A DNA stretch of 64,000 bases from Eledone cirrhosa. Taxonomy: Eukaryota. Shown piece after piece: positions 51,201 to 64,000 of this stretch. The notes beneath the pieces were generated by a model. The model searched no databases. It saw only the letters and a list, made by a program, of their open reading frames with translations, and was not told the origin of the DNA. The position numbers were made by a program, and so were the translations under genes. How positions within the stretch are numbered: position 1 is the first letter of the stretch; every line of letters starts with the position of its first letter. The stretch is taken from positions 278,194,001 through 278,258,000 of the forward strand of contig OZ024743.1 in NCBI GenBank assembly GCA_964016885.1. The letters are read 5' to 3'.

Positions 51201-51850
51201 CTGGACCCTGTAAGCCTTACGTGCCGGAAATGACATGTTTAGCTTCCAGTAACCAGGTCCTAACCTACGCGCCTAATCTAGGTCGACCATACAGATCACA
51301 AACTTGTGATCTGAATAGGCGACCGTTTCAAAACGTGGACAGCTTACACTATTTCTGTCTATTTTCCTAATGAATATCCTGTCTATATACGATCTAGATG
51401 ACCCTATGCGGTTAGCCCAGGTCCACACTGGCGCATTAGGGAAATCTAGTCAGTACCTGTCAGACAGTTGGAACTGGCTGATCAGGTTCTTGAGGCTTTT
51501 GCCCCCCCCCCCCCCCCCCCCCGCTCCTATCGGATACTCCCACACAGTCCCAGCGTGCGTCTAAGATGCCGTTCCAGTCACCCGCTAACAGTAAAGTGCG
51601 GGACAACCCAGAAAGGCTTCCAGGCGTCTAAAGAATTCCGGCCGCCCTTCCCCGGTAGGAGCATAGACGGCCACCAGTCTAAAGGCACCACCTTCATTAT
51701 TGTTCACGTCCAGGACCACAAACTTCCCGTCTGGGTCCCGGAACATCGACCTTACCTCGAGATACAGGCCTTTCCTAAATTGCACTGCGACCCCGCCTCC
51801 CTTTACCGGCCGGCTAACAGATGCAAAGATCCGATAGTCATCGAAAATGA
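48293..51850 (-). mobile_element. Tx1/L1-clade element (TTA family 2), 5'-truncated in APE, disrupted ORF2
   Basis: ORF 48569-50404 with RQGCPLS, AYADD and CPRC; APE remnants to 51850; 3' end AATAAATGAAATC-(ATT)n. Confidence 0.9.
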
Positions 51851-51852
51851 GA

Positions 51853-52251
<399 letters not shown>

Positions 52252-52254
52252 TAT

Positions 52255-52705
<451 letters not shown>

Positions 52706-52752
52706 AATGAATAATAACAGGTAGACATCATAAAAAGGTAGTTTATTCCGTG

Positions 52753-52864
52753 TGCTTACAAGTGTTTCCACGGTGGTACTGCAGCCTAGTTCCTCTACGT
52801 GCAAATTCACAAGTATTTGCAGAACTCGAATATCCAATGCTGTGACCACTGTTTCCTCAGAGCA
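52753..52864 (-). ncRNA. Hammerhead ribozyme with extended stem II in the PLE 3' region
   Basis: TGCT-CTGAGGA-aACAGTGGT...ACCACCGTg-GAAA-CACTTG-TA-AGCA. Confidence 0.7.
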
Positions 52865-53357
52865 GAATGGTAAATATACAATGTAAAAACCCTTAAGTGG
52901 GGTTGTTGGGGAAGATAGAGTGGAACAGGAAGAGAGAAAAGTAGGGAAGATGGAGAGAGAAGGAAAGATATGCAGGGGTTGGAGAAGTAGGAGAGAGTGG
53001 CTTGTAGATATCTTAATCAAAATGTTATGGTAGGGGTTTTATTAGTTACTTTTGGAGAGATGCGTAGATAGTTGAGGTCGGAATTATTTATTGCCCCAGA
53101 GGTCAAGTTCATAGATGTTGAGAGGGAGGTAGGTCAAAGGTGAGAGAGAGAGAGTGTAATGGATGTAGAGAGAGATATATAGGTAGAGAGGGGACAGATA
53201 AAGTATATGTGGTGAGTGAACTTTTGGTTTTGTAGTAGTAATCTAGGAATTGTACTGAGTTACCATGTATAGTGATAAGCAGTGTATTGTCTTGTAGTGT
53301 GGGGGAGAAGAGAAGGTTGTTAGCTAGAAAGTGGTGTTGTAGTTACGGGTTCGAATG

Positions 53358-55214
53358 TTAAGTTATTTTATAGTGAGAGAATTTAGCTTTTAGTTTGTGG
53401 TTGCAGTATAATGATCGTTCAATTCTATCGTTAAGTAGTTTGTTTTTGGATTTTAGTATGTAAAATAGCTCAAGGTTACATAACCTGCAGTACTTCAAAC
53501 CACTCCGATATGCATTTGCGCTGGAAAGTATATCCCATTTTAAGGTGAACTGTTGGTTGTGTTCACGGAGTTGCCAGGTCTTGTTGGCGAGCGTGGTCAC
53601 AAAACGGTGATTCTGATGTTTGATTGAGAATCGATGACGGTACCAGCGAGATTTAAACGATGTGGTGGTAGATCCGATATAATACCATTTCTGGTCGTCC
53701 GATTCAACCGTGCATTGGTAAACAATGTTGGACTTTAGGCATTCATTCTGCAATGGACATCTTTCAGGTAGATGGCAGTTACATGCTTTGTTGTGGGTAG
53801 CGGGTATACCATGGATAGGTTGTGATAGCGGTACAGGTGGGTTGTGCAATATCCGTCTCCCATTTAGTGGTTGGGAGGCAGATATTGCGTTCTGCCCACC
53901 TGTTACTAAAATGTTTTGTTTTGTAGAGTTGTTTAATTGCCTTAAGTTAAGTTTTTTTATGTATGCTTCAAGGTTTGGTGCCGTGGAGTATGATAGTCTA
54001 ATAGTTTTGGAGTTCAGAATTTTGCTGTACTTATGGGAACTAGGGAAGTGTTTATTGATTAATTTAAAGAATGAAAGAGATAGTTTTGTACTAATCGAGG
54101 CATTAAAAATAGGATTATACCAGATATACTTTCTACAACGTGATTTATTTGGTGGTGAACTTCTATTATTAGTATGTCTGGTAGTATAGTGTGTGTGTGC
54201 TTGTGTTTTAGTCCCCCGGTTACGTATACCTTGATTACGTGTAGAGCTATGTGTGTTGTGGAAATTACTATCGATGTATTCTATTGTATCCCGGTGGTCA
54301 GCATTCCTTAATGCATTATTGTAGTATTCAGCATGTTCGCTAAAAATATCAGAGTTAGACGATAGGCGAGAGATTCTAAGAGAAATACTCCGGGGAACTG
54401 ATTTGATCATGGAGAGTGGGTGGTTAGAGTTAAAGTTAATATACGTAAGGTTCTCATTTACCTTGTGGAAGGGTCGTATCTGTCCGGTATTTAAATTAAG
54501 AGTTACGTCCAGAAAGTTTACTACCTTAAGATTGTATTCGTATGTTATTTTTAGGCCCAGTTCACTAAAAGATTTTCTAATATTTTTCCGTAGCCTTTCA
54601 AGATTTTGGTTATTCAAGTTATTAACTAATAAGAGCCCGTCATCTCTATATATCCCCCCCTGTAGATTACTAAATCTACTATGTAATATGTGGGCTATGT
54701 AAATTCCCACGAGATCCGTGACCTCCGCCGAGTCGTTGGAACCCATGGTAATATCGAAATTTGTGGGTCTGTCCTTACGTTCCCAGTAGCAGTTATCGAA
54801 CTTAATAATGGTTTTTCTAGCCTCGAGAATAATATTAATTTCTTCCTCCGTTAGGTCGGAATTGGCCTTAGCAAACGATAGGGCCTTACGTAAAGTGCTT
54901 GGTGAGATGGAAGAGTAGTATTCGTCTATGTCAAATTGTATAAACTTAGATTTATTCTTATTCTTAACATTATTAAACCAGCGAATTGCTTCGCTAGTGT
55001 TGCCCCATAATTTAATTTCAATTTTCTTTTTCACTTGAGTTATTACTCTGTCAAGTATATGTTTACTAATTTTCCCTATGTCTGATTTAGAAGGGCATAT
55101 AAGTCTAATCTTAGGGTTAGAGTCAAAATTTACCTTATGGTCCTTCAGGTTGAAGGTGGGGGTAGCGGGTATAATCGGCTCGGTTCTATCGTCTATCTTA
55201 AGATTCTTTACCAC
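53358..55214 (-). CDS. Penelope-type reverse transcriptase + GIY-YIG endonuclease (N-terminus truncated; Naiad-like by inference)
   Basis: FIQFDIDEYYSSI, ITMGS, IYRDDG, NFLDVTL, YINFNSNHP, CNC..CPL..CL, IVYQC..YYIGST, CRLC..CNH. Confidence 0.88.
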   Translation of the reverse strand: MVKNLKIDDRTEPIIPATPTFNLKDHKVNFDSNPKIRLICPSKSDIGKISKHILDRVITQVKKKIEIKLWGNTSEAIRWFNNVKNKNKSKFIQFDIDEYYSSISPSTLRKALSFAKANSDLTEEEINIILEARKTIIKFDNCYWERKDRPTNFDITMGSNDSAEVTDLVGIYIAHILHSRFSNLQGGIYRDDGLLLVNNLNNQNLERLRKNIRKSFSELGLKITYEYNLKVVNFLDVTLNLNTGQIRPFHKVNENLTYINFNSNHPLSMIKSVPRSISLRISRLSSNSDIFSEHAEYYNNALRNADHRDTIEYIDSNFHNTHSSTRNQGIRNRGTKTQAHTHYTTRHTNNRSSPPNKSRCRKYIWYNPIFNASISTKLSLSFFKLINKHFPSSHKYSKILNSKTIRLSYSTAPNLEAYIKKLNLRQLNNSTKQNILVTGGQNAISASQPLNGRRILHNPPVPLSQPIHGIPATHNKACNCHLPERCPLQNECLKSNIVYQCTVESDDQKWYYIGSTTTSFKSRWYRHRFSIKHQNHRFVTTLANKTWQLREHNQQFTLKWDILSSANAYRSGLKYCRLCNLELFYILKSKNKLLNDRIERSLYCNHKLKAKFSHYKIT

Positions 55215-55265
55215 TTTGTATGCCTCGTTGTTAATATTTGCTAGCGTAGTTTCATTTGTTTTTCT

Positions 55266-56170
<905 letters not shown>

Positions 56171-56205
56171 GTTAAAAGAATAGAGGTGTAACACAAGTTA
56201 TTATA

Positions 56206-56697
56206 TATTGGTAAACGGAATAGAAAATGCTGACAAATTGTTCACAGTTGAAAAATGGTTTAATTAGGAATAAAAGAGTATTAGTGATTGTATGGGTTAG
56301 TATTCAGTTGTGGTTTTAAGTTTTTAAGTTTTTACCGGTTGCGCATTTCTAAATGCTTTTCAAAAATAACTTTGAGATAGAGTGTCCGTGCTGTTTGCTC
56401 TGATCTGATTAGTTTTGGGAATTCTACCTGTTTTTATGTTAAAAAAGTGGCCCCAGCGTTATTTTTGTGTTGCAAAAATGCTTGTGGTCAAAACAATTTT
56501 GATTGGTCGGTAGAGGTCATGTGAATGTAAAAAGTTGATTTTGCGCCAAGACTGTTTTTGTGTTAAAATGTTAAAATAGTGGCTCCAGCAAAAATTATTG
56601 GTCAAAACAATTTTGATTGGTCGGTAGAGGTCATGTGGATAAAAAATTGGTTTTCGCCAAGATTGAGAAATGACTCTTTCACAACAAATATGTGTGT

Positions 56698-56775
<78 letters not shown>

Positions 56776-56846
56776 AGTAGTAGTAGTAAGGTGTTCGATG
56801 CTGCGACAATGGCCAGCAGCGATGTGTGTCAAATGGCTATTAAGAT

Positions 56847-56907
<61 letters not shown>

Positions 56908-57820
56908 GCAGAGTCATTCGAAGGTCAAAAGATATTTTTCAGCTTTTGTCTTATACGGAGAAGTGCGTGTGTGTGTGTGTGTGTGTGTGTATAAGTCTCT
57001 TTGTATGTTGATGTACGCGTGTGTATGTGTTTGTGTATATATGTGTGTGTGTGGGGGGGGGGTGGACCAGTATTTTTTTCGCCCTGGTAAAATGGTGTAC
57101 ATTATTCGATTTTTTCAGTAAAATCGGTTCTCTTAATAGAACATCAAAAATCTTAACAATAAAAGGTGTGAAATGATATTCACTATATATATACACACAC
57201 ACACATTCACTACATATATATATATATATATATACATATATACATACATATATATGCACATATATTTTTTTGTATTGCACCATAGAGCATGTGTGTTTAC
57301 GTGTGTCATTGTGTTTATATGTGGGTAGAGATGTGTGCTGATGGAGGTATGTATGTTTACGTGTGTATGTTGTGGGTTCGTCTTAGGGAGAAGTGTTTAG
57401 ACGGGGTCCGTATTTGTTAATGAAGTAAGATTCCTTGCTGATGCGCTGGGTGTGGGTGGCATTATCTTTAAATTTCGCAAAATCTTGGCGCAAAATCAAC
57501 TTTTTACATTCAATACCGACCAATCAAAAAGGTTTCGACCACAAGCATTTTTGCAACACAAAAATAACGCTCGAGCCACTTTTTTAACATAAAAACAGGT
57601 AGAATTCCCAAAACTAATCAGATCAGAGCAAACAGCACGGACACTCTATCTCAAAATTATTTTTGAAAAGCATTTAGAAATGCGCAACCGGTAAAAACTT
57701 AAAAACTTAAACCCACAACTGAATACTAACCCATACAATCACTAATACTCTTTTATTCCTAATTAAACCATTTTTCAACTGTGAACAATTTGTCAGCATT
57801 TTCTATTCCGTTTACCAATA
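56206..57820. mobile_element. Non-coding element with ~345-bp inverted repeats
   Basis: 56206-56551 is the reverse complement of 57483-57820; TA context; microsatellite-filled interior. Confidence 0.7.
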
Positions 57821-59060
<1,240 letters not shown>

Positions 59061-59311
59061 TTTACTGCCTGGATTTTCGACCGGTAGATAGTATTAGCAA
59101 TTGGAAAGACCGATGGAAATATTGTTTCCTTGGTCTGATATGACGTGCTCCACCCCCCTCGTTAAGCGAATGAGTTTTGGGATTTTGCTGATTGACTGTT
59201 ATATATATACATACATTCATGTGTGTGTGTGAGTGTGTGCATGCTTACATCTATATATCTTCATATATATAAAGTATCTATATCTGCATATATATATATT
59301 ATATTTCTATA

Positions 59312-59484
<173 letters not shown>

Positions 59485-59747
59485 GTCTGTGTGTCTGTGT
59501 ACGTACGTTCGCATAAATAATTTTTATTTGCTTTCCGCATCGTTGCTGCAACAAATATTTAATGTCAATTATTTGAATATATATATTAAATAATATAGAG
59601 CTTACATCAACATTTTCCATAATTTTATTTTAAATAATGAACAATAAGTTCAATAATATAGAATTTCCAAAATATCAAATATAATCAATTTCACCGGCTA
59701 CCCTAATATTTGTCTCTTTATCTAGCCTCCTTCACTCTCTCTACCTA

Positions 59748-59817
<70 letters not shown>

Positions 59818-60009
59818 GGTTTGAAGGTTCACCACTGGATAGAGCTGGTCAATTCCGTATGGTCAATCTTGATGTAATAATATGGAGAGTACTCAACGTA
59901 AAGCAGCTCAACCGTCTTCGTTTGTGTAGTTGGTGGTGCGAGTACGGAGTTAAATATTATAATAAAATAACAGGAGGCTGGATTTGTGTAAATCCTTGAA
60001 AGGTTTATT

Positions 60010-60067
60010 ATACTATGATCATTTCAATGACCGAGTTCCGTATGAATCCGGTGATATCATCAGGTAT
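60010..60067 (-). ncRNA. Minimal hammerhead ribozyme
   Basis: ATAC-CTGATGA-tATcACCG...CGGTcATt-GAAA-TGATCA-TA-GTAT, then AATAAA. Confidence 0.75.
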
Positions 60068-60899
60068 TCGAAATATAATAAATGAATGTAACAGATAAAA
60101 TCCATGGGGCTGAAAATCATAGACCCGAGGACGACCGATCATCTAGCATCTTCCAATTTAGCCGGTCGCCCTCAAGTGCTGGCCATTCGGCCTACTTATG
60201 GCTATCTGGTGAGAGGGCTAAAGCTTACAGTGTGCTACTAACATCCCGGTCAAAGAGAAGAAAAACAGAAAGAAAGAGGAAGAAAAGTCAGCATTAATGT
60301 CATGCTATAATTAGGCAGGGAATTGCCGCGAAAAAAATTATTCTAAAGGACTCAAATCTTAACAGCGGTATATATTATAACAGAGGTATATATAGTGGGG
60401 GTCTAAATGGTATAATGTGTGAATAGAAGATTGGAACGTTAAAGTTTTGTTTAGATTTATAGGATGAAGTTAAAAATATTAAAGATTAACATTATAAAAT
60501 TCCTTTGTGTTGAAGGAATGAAGATAATTTTCGGAAAAGATTGTTTTCGTAATGTAGATAGCGTTTCTAAGATTGTTCTTATATCTACCAAACACAAACA
60601 CGCACACACAAATAAACATGTAGTGTTTTTGAAGAGGTATATACTATAGAGTGGTCAAAACAACATTCCACCTTCATAACAGTGTTTATTCACTGAGAAA
60701 ATAATCGATTGGGACATAGTGTTAAAAAAACTGTATGAGAAACAGAGAAACCTAGAAGGCATATGACCCGTTATATGTACACACTCTATTGCGTACACAC
60801 ACAGGCACACATACACAAATATACTCACATACACACACAGATACTTATATACACATATATATATATTTTTATATATAAAACATACTTATATATATATAT

Positions 60900-61043
<144 letters not shown>

Positions 61044-61142
61044 TAACGTGCAGCTACTGTAGGTTTACCCAGGTGAGCACTCGATGGGTAGATTCACGTC
61101 TGTAACGACGTGTAGTGCTAAAATGAGTGTAAATATAATAAT

Positions 61143-61318
61143 TGTTTCTACTATTGGCACAGGGCCAGCAATTACTCAGTACATTACTGGTACTTTATTT
61201 TATCGACCCCGTAAGGATGAAAGGCAAACCTCGGCGGGATTTGAACTCAGAATGGCAAGTGCCGTAATTCTATGCGTCAAAGCATGGCGTCCGACCCGCT
61301 ACTGATACTGCCAATTCA
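61143..61318 (-). mobile_element. tRNA-derived Nin-domain SINE
   Basis: A-box-like TGGCAGTATCAG, B-box GTTCAAATCC, CCTTTCATCCTTACGGGGTCGATAAAA..GTACCAG. Confidence 0.75.
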
Positions 61319-61699
61319 CAAAAGGACGATTTGTTGTCTTCATTCCGTTTATTGAGTGGTGACGCATGTTTCACTATTGTTCAGCTCAAGGTTCGACCTA
61401 TATTGGTCTGGCTCGACTCTGGAATCAAAAGTTGTGTGTGTGTAATAAGGGTTTAGATCGATATCAAGTGGTTTTGACATTGACAGCAGCTATAGCGGAC
61501 TGGCTAGGGTTGGCAGTAATGTTTAATATAGTTACATGATTTCATAAATTTGGAGCACTCGACCATAATGAAAGAAAAAATGTGTAGAGTTAATTATAAT
61601 AAAGTTTTACATTGATATCCAGTGATTTCGATAAATATACACACATGTATATGGTTAACATCAACTGACATATCTCTCTTTCTCCCATGACTGGCCGGT

Positions 61700-62160
61700 G
61701 TAAAATCTGAAGTGTCTTCGGAATAACGTTACTCGATAGAGTGCATAGCTAGATCAGGTAGAGCCGCTACTTCTCCGAATTTAGAGATCACAGATCCAAT
61801 ACTATGATCATTGGGTTAGAATGTCTCAGGAAAGAACCGATGGACAGATTTTTCGAGCAACTCCAAGCGCCAGGAGAATCAGGGGTAGATCCAAGCAGGA
61901 TGGGTGTATAACATCCATGAGCTTGGCTGGTCCCGCTTAGAAATCCAGCCAGATCCATTGGAGACAGTTGATTCTGACAGAACCAGCTGGAACGAGTGTT
62001 TGGAGATTCTGCCACCACGACCATCTGAGGTATAGGTGGGGGAAGAGCAGGAGGAGGAGGAGGAGGAGGAGAAGAAGAAGAAGAAGAAGAAGAAGAAGAA
62101 GAAGAAGAAGAAGAAGAAGAAGAAGAAGAAGAAGAAGAAGAAGAAGAAGAAGAAGAAGAA
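61700..62160 (+). mobile_element. RTE-clade (Expander/Rex3-like) 3' fragment with (GGA)/(GAA)n tail
   Basis: VEPLLLRI*RSQ..HWVRM..RRIRGR..LGWSRLEI..ILPPRP. Confidence 0.75.
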
Positions 62161-62244
62161 AATAATAAATATGAAGACTAAAATCCAAAGAGGGTTCCAT
62201 AAGGATAAATATATATCAAATATATACGAACCCAAGAGCAAATA

Positions 62245-62389
62245 TTTATTAAAATAACAGATTAAAGTTTAAGCAAAGAATCGTTGCTTTCACCCTTAAC
62301 GGGATCTTCTTAACGGCTGTTTCACAAGATCCCGTTAATGGTGAAAGCAGCGATTCTTTGCTTAAACTTTAATCTGTTATTTTAATAAA
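62245..62389. repeat. Fold-back palindrome, 64-bp arms with 17-bp spacer
   Basis: Arms 62245-62308 and 62326-62389; each reads stem-GAAA...AATAAA outward. Confidence 0.85.
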
Positions 62390-62425
62390 AATTAATACCT
62401 ATATATATATATATATATATATATT

Positions 62426-62488
<63 letters not shown>

Positions 62489-62635
62489 TGTGTGTGTGTA
62501 TGCACTTTCTGGCGGCTTATCTCAACTAAATACATATTAAATACACATTTACATTACTGTGATATGATAAAAATCATGGTTAAACCACTAACCTTTTATT
62601 ATGAATCCCGCTAATTAATGCCATTACTAATTAAT

Positions 62636-62825
62636 TGTTTCTACTTTTTGGTACAAGGCCAGCAATTATCCCAGTGTATTACTGGTACTTTATTTTATCG
62701 ACCCCGTAAGGATGAAAGGCAAAGTTAACCTCGGGCGGATTTGAATTCAGTTCGTAAAGGGACGTAACTGTGCTACAAAGCATGGCGTCCGACCCTCTAC
62801 CGATACTGCCAATATACCGCCCTTA
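62636..62825 (-). mobile_element. Full-length tRNA-derived Nin-domain SINE with 25-bp TSD
   Basis: CTAATTAATGCCATTACTAATTAAT at 62611-62635 and 62826-62850; pol III box-like motifs. Confidence 0.85.
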
Positions 62826-62946
62826 CTAATTAATGCCATTACTAATTAATACTTGATAGTCAAGCCTGCACAATATTCAAGTGAGCATTGCTAGCAGATG
62901 TATTTAAATTAAAGAATATTCTTCTCTTAGTACCGAAGAAATAAAC

Positions 62947-62989
62947 GTCATTGATGATGGATGGGGATCCTGAAACTTGAGCGTCTGAT
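62947..62989 (+). ncRNA. Hammerhead motif with C3U core variant
   Basis: GTCA-TTGATGA-tGGAT-gggg-ATCCt-GAAA-C..G-TC-TGAT. Confidence 0.55.
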
Positions 62990-63127
62990 ATTCTTATAGG
63001 GCCACAGAGATAGCTGTGACATGATCACAGCTTAAAATACTCCTAGCGAGACATTTATACCTATGTTATATATATGCACATAGCATATGTTTTCTTATAC
63101 ATCTGTAATATGAATCACCATACGTTT

Positions 63128-63154
63128 GTATCAAACCTACAATGCATATATCAA

Positions 63155-63189
<35 letters not shown>

Positions 63190-63220
63190 GATATATATAT
63201 ATGCATTGCAGGTTTGATAC
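63128..63220. repeat. Short inverted repeat (~24-bp arms) around a TA spacer
   Basis: GTATCAAACCTACAATGCATATAT / ATATATGCATTGCAGGTTTGATAC. Confidence 0.75.
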
Positions 63221-63540
63221 TTTTTATTTTATAGATCTTTGTCGATAATTCGCTCCGTACAAAGACGTATTGGATTTTCGATGTTATTTGAAGCTAATTC
63301 ATTTCACTTACCTTACAAAGGAAGACATTTGCTGCAAAACATGCATGCATGTCACAGTTTCAAGTATGATACATCGTACTGAGGGTTGACAATACAGAGC
63401 TCTGCAATGTATGAGATAATTGTTCGAATTACGTTTAGTACAACACTTCCACTAGTCATTGACTCAGAACCTTCTAAAAAAATAAATCCATAAAAACATC
63501 ATCAACCAACCGCAATACACACTGCACCAACAACAATAAT

Positions 63541-63576
<36 letters not shown>

Positions 63577-63746
63577 AACTACTACTACTACTACAACTAG
63601 TACTACTAATAATAATAATAATACTAATACTACTACTACTACTATAATCATAATTTTTCACTGTCATAAAGACTAACTGCATATATTCTCCTTTAATAGA
63701 CGATGCCCATATCCATCATAACTGCCACACAATTAGTGTTTATATC

Positions 63747-63783
<37 letters not shown>

Positions 63784-64000
63784 TATTTTCCGTTGTGTTG
63801 TAATATAAATATTACACACAGTAGATTATGAAATGACAGTAAATAATAACATTGAAATATTGAATGTCTGCATAACTAAAAGTTTGTAGATAGCTGTTTT
63901 AGGCTATGTAACTGTTATAGAAACACGTGTCAATAAATTCCTTTCAACTAAACTGTATCCATTCAAATCTTTCTATATATATATATATATATATATATAT

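Noticed and set aside
53358-55214. Selenoprotein-type Naiad element
   Set aside because: No in-frame TGA in the retained ORF; no SECIS recognised.
62740-62825. tRNA gene
   Set aside because: SINE head with pol III boxes but no cloverleaf.

Overview
Eukaryotic, AT- and microsatellite-rich, transposon-dominated DNA. I found no convincing host gene. The Nin-domain tRNA-SINEs and repeat content resemble cephalopod (Octopus-like) DNA, which is an inference. Main content: (1) a ~26 kb nest (25.8-51.9 kb) and a smaller one (1-4.7 kb) grown in (TAA)n microsatellites, where two R4/Dong-clade non-LTR families (RT + restriction-like endonuclease; one copy has an intact 1216 aa ORF) always lie on the + strand and Tx1/L1-clade elements (APE + RT) always lie on the - strand; (2) a related full-length Tx1-type element inserted in a (TATC)n tract; (3) a 5'-truncated Penelope-like element (RT + GIY-YIG) with a hammerhead ribozyme in its 3' end; (4) about a dozen short hammerhead-bearing remnants in (TA)n tracts, several forming fold-back palindromes centred at or in the ribozyme, one as a 478-bp tandem; (5) RTE 3' fragments, SINEs and a ~345-bp-arm inverted-repeat element. 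Most ORF-track entries in low-complexity DNA are spurious.
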